From positions 1-64,000 of the IMG/VR virus record IMGVR_UViG_3300021400_000012: a DNA stretch of 64,000 bases. The stretch is one strand, 5' to 3'. Every line of letters begins with the position of its first letter. The first letter of the stretch is position 1. The notes under the pieces were generated by a model. It ran no database searches. It was not told the origin of the DNA and was given only the letters and a program-made list of their open reading frames with translations. Positions 54,748 through 64,000 of this stretch are shown piece by piece. The position numbers were made by a program, and so were the translations under genes. Source of the stretch: a virus (lineage: Duplodnaviria > Caudoviricetes).

Positions 54748-55671
54748 TTAAAATCCGAGGTCAAGTGCTCCCTTCGTGCCATGCTGCACTGGAGTCTTCT
54801 TAACTGCCGGAGCAGACTTACGCTCTTCAAGACGAGCCTTCCGAGCGGCCATAGCTGCCTTAATATCACTCAGTTCCCAGCCAAGATCGCCATCCAGCGG
54901 TGCCTGAGAACCACCAGTGATAACAAATTCGCTAACATTAATTGTGCGATAAGACTTCTGAGGCTCACCAAAATCAACTTCTTCTACCACTTCTTCAGTA
55001 CGAGAAGAGAAATTCAGACGGCCACTTGCCTTAAAGCACTCACCAGCACTCCAATATCCTTCGATGGCATCAATAACACTTGGAGACGAAGCAACCAGTG
55101 TAATGAGATCGACATTCATCACGCTAGCATTTGGAGCCGTATACTGCGGCACAATAACTTCCACCTTCAGCTTCGCGGGATCCAGTTCAACGCCTTCTCT
55201 ATCAACCATACGAGCAATACTGGAAACCATAAATTCAAGATTAAATGTAGCCTGCGGTGTAAATTCACCAGTTGCCTTGCTTACGAACGAAGCATTAACA
55301 CGCGGCTGCGAAACCATCTGACCATTCTGACCAAGGAATTCATTCATACGAATGTTTGCATTGGTGATACGAACCTTATCTGCCTGCTCAACCGAACCAG
55401 CGGCTGCGATAGACACATATTCTTTCATGACACGTTCAATCGACTCATACGCCGGATTGATCTTTCCAGCCTTAGTATACTTGGTCGAGAACATATAAAC
55501 CGGGATCTCAAGATTCACTTCGGAGCCATTAATATTCTGATTTACCAGAACCTTAATCGAACCACCGATTGCTTCAACATCTGCACCATCTCTCTGAAAT
55601 GAGCTATACTTTAAATCAGTTTCTGCAAGAATACCTTCAATCTTAACTTTGTTTTCTGCCTGTCTAAACAT
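54748..55671 (-). CDS. Single-stranded DNA-binding protein
   Basis: Tandem OB-like organisation, NKVKIEGIL start, ends LGF; adjacent to the Sak4-like gene. Confidence 0.6.
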   Translation of the reverse strand: MFRQAENKVKIEGILAETDLKYSSFQRDGADVEAIGGSIKVLVNQNINGSEVNLEIPVYMFSTKYTKAGKINPAYESIERVMKEYVSIAAAGSVEQADKVRITNANIRMNEFLGQNGQMVSQPRVNASFVSKATGEFTPQATFNLEFMVSSIARMVDREGVELDPAKLKVEVIVPQYTAPNASVMNVDLITLVASSPSVIDAIEGYWSAGECFKASGRLNFSSRTEEVVEEVDFGEPQKSYRTINVSEFVITGGSQAPLDGDLGWELSDIKAAMAARKARLEERKSAPAVKKTPVQHGTKGALDLGF

Positions 55672-55711
55672 TTTTTTCTCCTAGTTTTTTTATTCAGTTT
55701 TTTTGAGAGAG

Positions 55712-55740
55712 AAATGCCCGTAGTAAAGACCACGGGCATT
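55712..55740 (-). terminator. Hairpin/terminator after the wHTH gene
   Basis: AATGCCCGT...ACGGGCATT. Confidence 0.6.
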
Positions 55741-55752
55741 GCTAATGATCTA

Positions 55753-56007
55753 TTACTCTTCGTCAGCTTCCGGAACGTAGTTCAGACCAGCATCAGTCAG
55801 GGTGACAATCGTGATCTTACGACCTTCTTCAGTCTTGCCGCCATCTTCTGTCGTAGCCAGACCATTCTTCACCAGCGAGTTCACACGACCGGTAACAGAC
55901 GCGATCTTCTCAAGGCCAAGGCCATTCATAATCTCAGCAGTTGTGCAGCTGCCACCATGATTCTTAATAAAATCAAAAGCTTCCTGTGTCTTCTCTTTAA
56001 GCACCAT
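55753..56007 (-). CDS. Winged-helix (MarR-like) DNA-binding protein
   Basis: TTAEIMNGLG...SVTGRVNSLVKNGL...LTDAG. Confidence 0.8.
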   Translation of the reverse strand: MVLKEKTQEAFDFIKNHGGSCTTAEIMNGLGLEKIASVTGRVNSLVKNGLATTEDGGKTEEGRKITIVTLTDAGLNYVPEADEE

Positions 56008-56137
56008 TCTATTCTCCTATTCCGCCATTTATTTTTTATAGTTTATTTTATTTGTTGGGCGGCCAACTACAATTAAGAAAGTCATCTTTAACTTTCTATA
56101 TTATTATTATAGTAAAAATTTCATCATTTTTCAAACT

Positions 56138-58483
56138 TTAAACGACTGAAAGATTTATAATTTTAGAATTTTCTGTTAATTTTAAAACTTTCACGCCTTG
56201 TGTCCCGCGCGATAAAAGCGGTACGTCTTGAAGTTTGATACGAATTTGTGAAACATTTGAAGTAATTAATAGATCATTCTGTGAATTAATTGGTAAAATA
56301 TCACAAAGTGAGCTGGTATTTTGAATTTTTACACCTTTGGTAGCGCGCCCCGTCACTCTAAATTCTGAGAGAGTGGTTCGTTTGATGTATCCATCTGTTG
56401 AGATGGAAGCGAGTTCAGTGGCACCTGCAGGCATGACGCAGGCCCCGCAAACCACGTCGCCTTCATCAAGTTTAATGCCCGTGATGCCGCGGCTAACGCG
56501 ACCAGTTGATCGAATGTCTTTCGTGTCGATCCAGATAAAGTTGCCGGATTGAGAAGCAATTCCGATCCGTTCTTCGTCCACAAACAATCCTGCCACAATT
56601 TCGTCGCCTGGGTCGAGTTTAATAGCGGTTGCGCCCACATTTCGTTTAAGATTGTATTCATTTATTTCTGACTTTTTGAGTACTCCGTGTCTAGTAATGA
56701 AAATAATGAACTTTTTCCTAGCGCTCGTGGATAATACAGCACCGGCGATGACCCGTTCATTGGGAACGAGGTTGCAGTATCCAGACAACAAAGTTTTGGC
56801 ATCGACTTCAAATTGGCCCAACCGGACATGATAGAAGTTGCCGAGCTGAGTGAACAAGAGGATTTCATCGCTGCTTGATCCAACGGCAGTCGATATAACG
56901 TATTCTCCTTTGTCCAATTTAAACTTGGAACCAACTCCAGTTCGCTTTTGGGTGTAGAGAGTACTGGTTTCTTGAGCGAAGATGGCGCCGGTGTTGCAGA
57001 AGGCGACTGAGATTTGTTTTTTCTCAATTGGTTCCGAATCTTCGCTTTCTGCGAGCGATGTAATTTTTGTCCTGCGGGCATCGCCGTATTTTTTGGCGAC
57101 TTCTTGCCAGCCTTTTTTGATTTCTGCATTGAAGAGCTCTTCATTATTTAATATCCTCTCAATTGATTCTGCTTCACTTAAAAGTTTAATACGTTCATCT
57201 TCTAATTTTTTAACTTCCAAATGTGCTAGACGACTCAGTTTCATATCCAAAACGGCCTTAGCCTGAATATCATCTAGTAGGAACTGATTACATAATTTCA
57301 ATGTGGCGGCCGCAGTCGAAGCAGAAGATTTAATAACTTGTACTACTTCTTCGATTCGCGCCAAACAAATTAAAAGACCATCAATAATATGTATACGATC
57401 TTTAATTTTTTGTAAATCATATTCAAATCCACGGCGATAGACTTCTTTTTCGTGATCGATATGAGCTTGGAGCATTTCCTTCCAAGTAAACGCTCGCGGA
57501 AAACGACCTTTGTCAAGCATTGTGAAGTTAATGCCGAAGTAAGATTGCAGCGATGTATTCTTGAAAAGATATTTCAGAACTTTATCAGGGTTAGCTTTCT
57601 TCATCAAATAAATTTTGATGAGCGGTGTTTTACCCGTTAAGTCATTAAAGCGCTCAACGCCAGGGTTCTCTTCTGATTCAATTATCTTTTCAAGCTCTCC
57701 GCAGATTGTGTTTGTATATACTCCATAAGGAATCTCTGTGACAACAAAGCATCTTTCTTTGCTGTCGAAGTCAACGACTGATCGCAATTTACAGGCAAAA
57801 CCGGTTCCGGCGCGCATTGATTGTTTGACTTCGGATTCATTATATAAAATTGCGCCCGTCGCAAAATCGGGAGCGCAGTAGATGTCCTCGAAGCTACATT
57901 CTGGGTTATCAATTAAATAACAAAGAGCATTGTTCAGTTCTTTTAAGTTATACTGCGGAATGGAACAAGCCATTCCAACGCCAATACCTTGCGCGCCATT
58001 AACGATATTGTAGAAACCTTTTGTAGGAAGAATAGCTGGATACTGTTTCGTATTATCATAACTATCACGCCATTCAATAATTGTTTCTTTATCAATATCA
58101 TCAAACATCTGGCCAGCTATTTTTGACAAACGAGATTCAGTATAACGTGGTGCTGCCCAGTTTCCACTTTCGATTAATGATCCAGCATTACCCTTTACAT
58201 CAATTAATGGATAACGCATAGCAAAAGGCTGGCCGGCGCGCATGATAATTCCTTCACAAGAACTGTCACCATGGATATAAAAATCAGCCATGGCCATACC
58301 AACTGCGTTCATTGTTTTCTTATGTGGGTTATTTGCAGTTAATTTATGAATGAGCATAGAATAAAAGATCTGACGTGCAGAAGGTTTTAATCCATCGCGT
58401 ACATCGATCAAGGCTCTATTTTGTAATACTGCGCCCGCATATTGTATAAATGAATCTTGAATTACGGTATTTAATTCACTCAT
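56138..58483 (-). CDS. gyrA: Type IIA topoisomerase subunit A (gyrase A-like)
   Basis: RDGLKP, HGD, AAPRYTE catalytic Tyr, beta-pinwheel repeats, GyrA-box-like QKRTGVG. Confidence 0.9.
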   Translation of the reverse strand: MSELNTVIQDSFIQYAGAVLQNRALIDVRDGLKPSARQIFYSMLIHKLTANNPHKKTMNAVGMAMADFYIHGDSSCEGIIMRAGQPFAMRYPLIDVKGNAGSLIESGNWAAPRYTESRLSKIAGQMFDDIDKETIIEWRDSYDNTKQYPAILPTKGFYNIVNGAQGIGVGMACSIPQYNLKELNNALCYLIDNPECSFEDIYCAPDFATGAILYNESEVKQSMRAGTGFACKLRSVVDFDSKERCFVVTEIPYGVYTNTICGELEKIIESEENPGVERFNDLTGKTPLIKIYLMKKANPDKVLKYLFKNTSLQSYFGINFTMLDKGRFPRAFTWKEMLQAHIDHEKEVYRRGFEYDLQKIKDRIHIIDGLLICLARIEEVVQVIKSSASTAAATLKLCNQFLLDDIQAKAVLDMKLSRLAHLEVKKLEDERIKLLSEAESIERILNNEELFNAEIKKGWQEVAKKYGDARRTKITSLAESEDSEPIEKKQISVAFCNTGAIFAQETSTLYTQKRTGVGSKFKLDKGEYVISTAVGSSSDEILLFTQLGNFYHVRLGQFEVDAKTLLSGYCNLVPNERVIAGAVLSTSARKKFIIFITRHGVLKKSEINEYNLKRNVGATAIKLDPGDEIVAGLFVDEERIGIASQSGNFIWIDTKDIRSTGRVSRGITGIKLDEGDVVCGACVMPAGATELASISTDGYIKRTTLSEFRVTGRATKGVKIQNTSSLCDILPINSQNDLLITSNVSQIRIKLQDVPLLSRGTQGVKVLKLTENSKIINLSVV

Positions 58484-58504
58484 TTTTATTTCCTTTTATA
58501 AAAA

Positions 58505-58726
58505 TTAAAGATGGCTAAAACATTGAATATGTTTATTTATTTCATTACTATTACAGTCACCAGTAATAATTAACTCTTTTAACTCTGAAAATGGGAATAA
58601 GTATTGTTTGTCTCGTGAGCGTATTATTACGTTTTTTAAACCGTTAATTAAAATAGTTCTTTTGTTTGTGTGAATTGAAATATCAATTACATTTTCATCG
58701 GCTGTGTTTGTAATAGATTCTGTCAT
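58505..58726 (-). CDS. Hypothetical protein between the topoisomerase subunits
   Basis: 73 aa, GGGAG RBS; AT-rich. Confidence 0.55.
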   Translation of the reverse strand: MTESITNTADENVIDISIHTNKRTILINGLKNVIIRSRDKQYLFPFSELKELIITGDCNSNEINKHIQCFSHL

Positions 58727-58733
58727 GTTTTTT

Positions 58734-60587
58734 TTACTCCCTTATCTTTGAAAAATCAATATTGTTCATTATAAATTCACGGCGAGGTTCAACTTCTACA
58801 CCCATTAAATCATAAAGTAAATTAATTGCTTTATCACCCCACTCCATGCGTTCCATTCTTTGATATTCTTTAGTAAACATAGAAATATGGGCAATTTCGG
58901 CGTCTAACTCACCAAGACCTTTCGCGCGAGTAACTTCGCCTTTAATATTTTTTCTTACTTTATTAAATTCTTCATCTGTGAAATAAAATGAATATTTATT
59001 TTTATTTTCAACTATATATAGAGGAGATCGAAGCCAATATAATCGTCCCTCTTTAATAAAATCAGGAGCAAAATATGTTAAAGCTGCCATTATCAAAAGA
59101 CCTATATGCGCACCATCACTGTCGGCATCAGTACAAATTGCAATTTTTCCGTATCTTAATTTAGAAGCGTTATATTTGCCAGGAGTAATATTCATTGCGC
59201 TAAGTAAAAGTTTAATTTCTTCGTTTTGAAAAATTTTTTCTTCTTGATTAGACAGACAATTAATAATTTTACCACGAATTGCTAAAAGTCCATATCTTGT
59301 ATAATCTCGAGCTTGCGCCATTCCTCCCATAGCACTATCACCCTCTACAATTAAAAGAGTTGAATTTTCTCCTAAAAATTCAGCATCTTTTAATTTATCT
59401 GATGCAAATACTTTTTTCTTTTGATTTTTTTCAATTTCTTTTGCTGCATTTAGGACTTGCTGGCGGGCTCGCTCGGCTGCAGCTTCAGCTTTTGCAATCT
59501 TTTTAAGGAGATCCACAATTGTATTGAACTCATCCTTATATCGTAGCTGCATTTGTTTGAGAGCGTCGGAGAATGCATTCGAAGCCAAAGTTCGCAAACT
59601 CGCGTTATTGATTTTTGATTTTGTTTGGTTAGCAAAAGAAGGATTCGCCACGGAACAGTTGATGACATAGAATAAACCAGATCTAATACTATCCCCATCA
59701 AACTTTTGCCCTGACAACGAGTTGAAAGTACGAGTAATCGCGGTCTTGGCTCCAGTAATCGGAGATCCGCCCTCTGGACAACGTAGGCCATTAACGAAGA
59801 CATATTCAGATTCTTTGCCGCTTCCCCACTGAAAAGCGATGTCAACTCGATCGGTTCCATCTGTTGCACTCCCAGTAATAATATGTTGATGTAGTGGATC
59901 GGTGATATTATCTTTTACAAAATCAACAATACCATTTTTTGCACAATAAGTTTTAATTTTATTGTTTTCACCACGAACTTCAAATGTAATTCCGCTATAT
60001 AAATAGGAAATATTTTTTATATCTTCGGAAATTTTATCAAATGAATAACCAATCTCTCCATTTTTGAAAACTTCGGGATCGGGTCGGAACCAAACATAAG
60101 TTCCATCTTTTTCACTTGTTTTAAATTCTTTATAATTTGTTAAAAAGCCCTGATGGAAAGTTGCTTCTGCGCCCTGGCCGCCACGAAAGCTTTGTACAAT
60201 AAAATCTTGGGCGCTTAAACATACGCATTTCGCGCCAATGCCATTTAAACCACTAACATTCTTATAAACCGAATCATCAAACTTGCCGCCAGTATGAGAA
60301 CGAGAATAAATTGAAACTAAAACATTTTCTCCGTCTTCTCTAATACCGAAAGGTACGCCGCGGCCATAGTCACGAACACTTATTGAATTATCTGTTTCTT
60401 GAAGACAAATTTCGATTTTTTTGCCAAATCCAGCAATTGCTTCATCGGTTGCATTATTGATGATTTCTTTTAGTGCTTGATAAGTGCCATCATTATCATC
60501 TGTACCAAGATACATTTGAATACGGGTTCTTACGCCTTCTCTAAAGTCTAATGACTTAATGTCGTCGATTCCATATTCTTGGCTCAT
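58734..60587 (-). CDS. gyrB: Type IIA topoisomerase subunit B (gyrase B-like)
   Basis: EIINNATDE, DYGRG, GGKF, GLNGIG, EGDSA, RGKI, DADSDG, KGLGE. Confidence 0.92.
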   Translation of the reverse strand: MSQEYGIDDIKSLDFREGVRTRIQMYLGTDDNDGTYQALKEIINNATDEAIAGFGKKIEICLQETDNSISVRDYGRGVPFGIREDGENVLVSIYSRSHTGGKFDDSVYKNVSGLNGIGAKCVCLSAQDFIVQSFRGGQGAEATFHQGFLTNYKEFKTSEKDGTYVWFRPDPEVFKNGEIGYSFDKISEDIKNISYLYSGITFEVRGENNKIKTYCAKNGIVDFVKDNITDPLHQHIITGSATDGTDRVDIAFQWGSGKESEYVFVNGLRCPEGGSPITGAKTAITRTFNSLSGQKFDGDSIRSGLFYVINCSVANPSFANQTKSKINNASLRTLASNAFSDALKQMQLRYKDEFNTIVDLLKKIAKAEAAAERARQQVLNAAKEIEKNQKKKVFASDKLKDAEFLGENSTLLIVEGDSAMGGMAQARDYTRYGLLAIRGKIINCLSNQEEKIFQNEEIKLLLSAMNITPGKYNASKLRYGKIAICTDADSDGAHIGLLIMAALTYFAPDFIKEGRLYWLRSPLYIVENKNKYSFYFTDEEFNKVRKNIKGEVTRAKGLGELDAEIAHISMFTKEYQRMERMEWGDKAINLLYDLMGVEVEPRREFIMNNIDFSKIRE

Positions 60588-60746
60588 TTAACTCTCCTTT
60601 ATTTAATTTATAATATAATTTTATATTATTTTTAATAATTAATCAAATTTTATAAATATCATTATTTTATTAAAATTGATATATCTCCATTATTATAATT
60701 AAATTATATCAAAAATTTCAATAAAAATCAAATTATAAATTGGTTT

Positions 60747-60790
60747 CAAATTCGTGGAAAAATAGGATTAAATTTCTACTTTTATTTAGA
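60747..60790 (+). promoter_or_regulatory. Putative phage late promoter (CAA-N25-TCTACT-N7-AG)
   Basis: Same bipartite motif and spacing at 7092, 10337, 15372, 16518 and 25448. Confidence 0.55.
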
Positions 60791-60889
60791 AATTAAATAT
60801 GAGCATGGGAAACCGCGACTTTGTCATTTTTGCTTATAAATTTAGTGGTATGCCATGTGCATACCATTTTTTAATTTTGAGGTATATAA

Positions 60890-61105
60890 ATGGAAAATTA
60901 TATTTTAGTTGAATCATTTGGCCGTATGAATGTGCAACATAGGCTGTGGTATGCAATGAACCTTACAGACCTTGTAGACATAAAGGCTCACTTTGGTGAT
61001 CGTGCATATGTTATTACAATGGGAGCTAATTATTATTATGGAAATGATAATAGTTGGTATGATGAATCTGGCAATGTGGCCGGGAGTGATAGCGAACCTG
61101 CATAA
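60890..61105 (+). CDS. Hypothetical protein
   Basis: 71 aa, GAGGT RBS. Confidence 0.7.
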   Translation: MENYILVESFGRMNVQHRLWYAMNLTDLVDIKAHFGDRAYVITMGANYYYGNDNSWYDESGNVAGSDSEPA

Positions 61106-61122
61106 ATTGACGGGAGGTATAA

Positions 61123-61494
61123 ATGAAAAGAGGAACTACACCAACCTTACCCGTTCGATTAAAACTTAAAATTACTGATATTGAGTCTATTGAATTTCTT
61201 TTCAAACAGATAAAAGCAGAATCAGCTCCGGAAATTTTAAAAAAAGTTTATCCAGGTGATGACGTTGAATTCAATGAAGAAACTGGTCTTTTTGGAATTT
61301 CATTTTCAGAAGCTGATACACGGTTATTTACCGAAGATTAGCCGTTCTATATGGATACGCGTATTACTTTAATAAATGGTAAAATACCAGAAACACCTAT
61401 TGTAACATTACGTATGCATCCGACTCTGTTTGAATCAATAGATGAGGAGTCTGAAGACGATGGGTCTGAACAAGAAACCTCGCCAGCTGGTTAA
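61123..61494 (+). CDS. BppU-N-like baseplate/fibre-associated protein (123 aa, code 15)
   Basis: MKRGTTPTL start; reads through the TAG at 61339 to TAA. Confidence 0.55.
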
Positions 61495-61819
61495 TGTCGA
61501 GGTTGTTTGTACGCCTGTCACTGACGTTGAAGTTTTAATTGATCCAGTTACAGGGGTAGAAACAAAAACAGAAGTGATCCCTGGCGTGAAAGGTACAACA
61601 TTTATACCTTCCGTCTCTTCGGAAGGGATCATCTCTTGGACTAATGATGATGGGTTACCAAATCCTGAACCTGTAAATATCAAAGGACCGCAAGGTAATC
61701 CAACGACGATTAATGGTAAAACTGGTGAGTCTATTACATTAACTGCCGAAGACGTGGGCGCCTTATCATCAGCAGATTTTGATTTGATCGATTGCGGGAC
61801 AAGCACGGAGGTGGTATGA
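61460..61819 (+). CDS. Fibre-associated protein with short collagen-like motif
   Basis: GAGGAG RBS; FIPSVSSEGIISWTND.GLPNP..VNIKGPQG...INGKTG..LTAEDVGA. Confidence 0.65.
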   Translation: MGLNKKPRQLVNVEVVCTPVTDVEVLIDPVTGVETKTEVIPGVKGTTFIPSVSSEGIISWTNDDGLPNPEPVNIKGPQGNPTTINGKTGESITLTAEDVGALSSADFDLIDCGTSTEVV

Positions 61820-62187
61820 TGTCAATAAAAACAAGAATTAAATTAAAACGTGATACTACCGCTAATTGGAATGCCGCACATGGATTTATACCGCTCGAGG
61901 GAGAAATTATTATTTATTTAGACGGTAGAAAAATTGAGAAAAATGGCGAACTTGTAAATATGCCTACTATCAAAATTGGGGATGGAAAAGCTTATGTCCA
62001 AGATTTACCTTTTGTAGATGATGATACAAGAGATACACTTTTATTACATATAAATGATTCATTAATACACGTAAGTGCGCGAGATCGTCAATTTTGGGAT
62101 AATAAAATTAATATTGACGATTTGTATGAATCATTAAATGAAGAATTAGAAAATGAAACTTTAATATTCAGCAGAGATTTTCTGTGA
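61816..62187 (+). CDS. Protein with hyaluronidase/Mtd-type N-terminal fibre domain
   Basis: IKLKRDTTANW...PLEGE...KIGDG...LPF. Confidence 0.65.
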   Translation: MMSIKTRIKLKRDTTANWNAAHGFIPLEGEIIIYLDGRKIEKNGELVNMPTIKIGDGKAYVQDLPFVDDDTRDTLLLHINDSLIHVSARDRQFWDNKINIDDLYESLNEELENETLIFSRDFL

Positions 62188-62200
62188 ATAAGGAGATAAA

Positions 62201-63370
62201 ATGGCAGATATTAGCAAAATTAAGTTACCTTCTGGTAATGAATATGACATAAAGGACGCTGTAGCCAGATAGATGATTGCTGGTGGTGTTTCTTTTAATA
62301 TTGTGTGGACAGCCGCAGAATATGCTAGTACATCGGCGCCTAACGCCGCTAAATTAGCAACCATCCCTGCTGGAGTTAATGTCTATTACAATAACGGCGC
62401 AGCCCATGCAACTGGTACTCTCGCGGCCAGCGATGATACGATTGGTAAGTTTTATTTAATTTATTCTAAAACTTAGGCCGGCACGTTAGATGCTTTTGAT
62501 GAATATGCGACAATTGGCGAAAGTACCAAAACGTGGGAAAAGATCGGTGATACATTAATTGATCTGTCAGGATTAGTAACAGATGTTACTCTTAATAAGT
62601 AGACTGATTCAGCCATTGGTGTGGATGCTACTTTCACTGTTACCCAACCGACGGTTGCATTAGCAACTGATACTACTTCTGGTACTGGCAAAGTACAAGT
62701 AGCAACTGGCGCGTCTGGCACAACTAAATATATTGGCGCGACCGCGACTGGTGGTGGCGCGGCTTGGGCTTCTAAGGATACAAAAACTGTTGTTACAAGT
62801 GTTACTGCTTCGACAAGTAATCTCGCAACAAGTAGCGTTACTGGTGTGCAGGCGGCAACCACAACCGCGTCTAAAGCTACTGCTGCGGCCAGCTAGGTTA
62901 CTGCGAATGGGTCTGGTACTGCTACAACCGAAAATACCGATTGGTTAAAAGGTGTTAGTGTGGCTAACGAGGTTTTGACCATAGGGGCGGCCGCGATGGA
63001 CACTCAAGCAACAACTCAATTTACTTTTGCAGATGTTACTGTTCCAATTAAGAATAGTTCTGCTACAACAGTTGCAACTGGACAGCTTGTTGCTACAGGT
63101 GGTGGAGCATCGGTTGCTACCAATGTAAGCGTAGGAAGCTCTGTTGATGTTATCGGTTCAAGCGCAACCCTTAGTAATACGCAGCCGACCATCAGTCTCG
63201 CTCAAAATGATGCTACTGCAACAGGTAGAGTTGGAGTTGTGACTGATATTAGTGCGTCTACTACCTATTTAAAAGCTACTGCGGCGGATGGTAATGTTGC
63301 TTGGAACAATAAAGATAGTGTAAGTGTCCTTACAAGTACTTCTTCAATTACTGTTACAAAAGGCGAGTAA
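62201..63370 (+). CDS. Ala/Thr-rich virion fibre-like protein (389 aa, code 15)
   Basis: AAGGAG RBS; four TAGs; starts MADISKIKLPSGNEYDIKDAVAR. Confidence 0.7.
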
Positions 63371-63396
63371 TTTATACCGTTTTTTAGGAGGTATAA

Positions 63397-64000
63397 ATGG
63401 CTGATATTAAATAGATTACATTACCAAATGGTAGTGTTTATAATATAAAAGACGAAGTCGCAAGAAATGCTATTAGTAACTTAAATAGTTTTAATATTGC
63501 AGTTGTTCAATCTCTTCCTACTTAGAATATAGATAGTCATACTATTTATTTTTTAGGAAATCCTCCTTCAGTTGTTGGTGAAGCAGCGGTTGGTTCAGCA
63601 TATGTTACTGAAGAAAATAATATTTATGAAGAGTGGATATATGTTAATAATCGATGGGAGATAGTTGGAACTACTGCAATTAATTTGGATGATTATGTTC
63701 CTACTTCGAGAAAGGTTAATGGAAAAGAACTAAGTAATGATATTACTATAGGCGCTGGAGATATTGATCTTGACATGTATGGCGATATTATGCCATTAGA
63801 TGAAGCTATATAGGATCTTGCTGGCAACCTTTCTTCTGTAGCTTGGAGTGGTAGCTATAATGATTTAAGTGATACTCCACCCTTAGCTCCGGTGGCTCTG
63901 AGTGGTAGTTATAATGATTTAAGTGATACTCCAACTTTGGCTTAGTCTAACTGGGAAGAAACGGATGGTACTGATCTGAGTTATATTGAAAATAAACCAC
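63397..64000 (+). CDS. Fibre-like protein, truncated by the window end (code 15)
   Basis: AGGAGG RBS; starts MADIKQITLPNGSVYNIKDEVAR; VAxSGSYNDLSDTP repeats. Confidence 0.7.
63847..63933 (+). repeat. 33-bp intragenic direct repeat (54-bp period)
   Basis: AGTGGTAGYTATAATGATTTAAGTGATACTCCA at 63847 and 63901. Confidence 0.85.

Noticed and set aside
54781-55602. Long antisense ORFs (also 11422-11883, 48691-49128, 53846-54262 and the plus-strand ORFs in 118-3259)
   Set aside because: Shadows of codon-biased real genes; no RBS or protein motifs.

Overview
A 64-kb segment of a large tailed (siphovirus-type) phage, probably infecting an anaerobic Firmicute. The host inference rests on SigA-type TTGACA/TATAAT promoters, GGAGG ribosome-binding sites and a class III RNR. 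The phage reads TAG as Gln (genetic code 15): many genes broken in the ORF track rejoin in one frame across TAG only, and conserved Gln residues are TAG-encoded. Layout: (i) 1-3300, minus strand: an array of small, individually promoted, TAG-free early genes, each ending in a hairpin that contains the stop codon, plus an ORF-less structured RNA candidate. (ii) 3547-36807, plus strand: the packaging, head and tail operon. It is TAG-rich except in the most abundant virion proteins and carries a bipartite putative late-promoter motif. (iii) 37288-60587, minus strand: replication and nucleotide metabolism. The core replisome is TAG-free, while nrdD, thyX, dut and ruvC need TAG read-through. (iv) 60890-64000, plus strand: a second late-type cluster of fibre/baseplate-like genes. 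I saw no tRNA, release factor, lysin, integrase or CRISPR array. All product calls come from motif recognition and synteny by eye, not from database searches.
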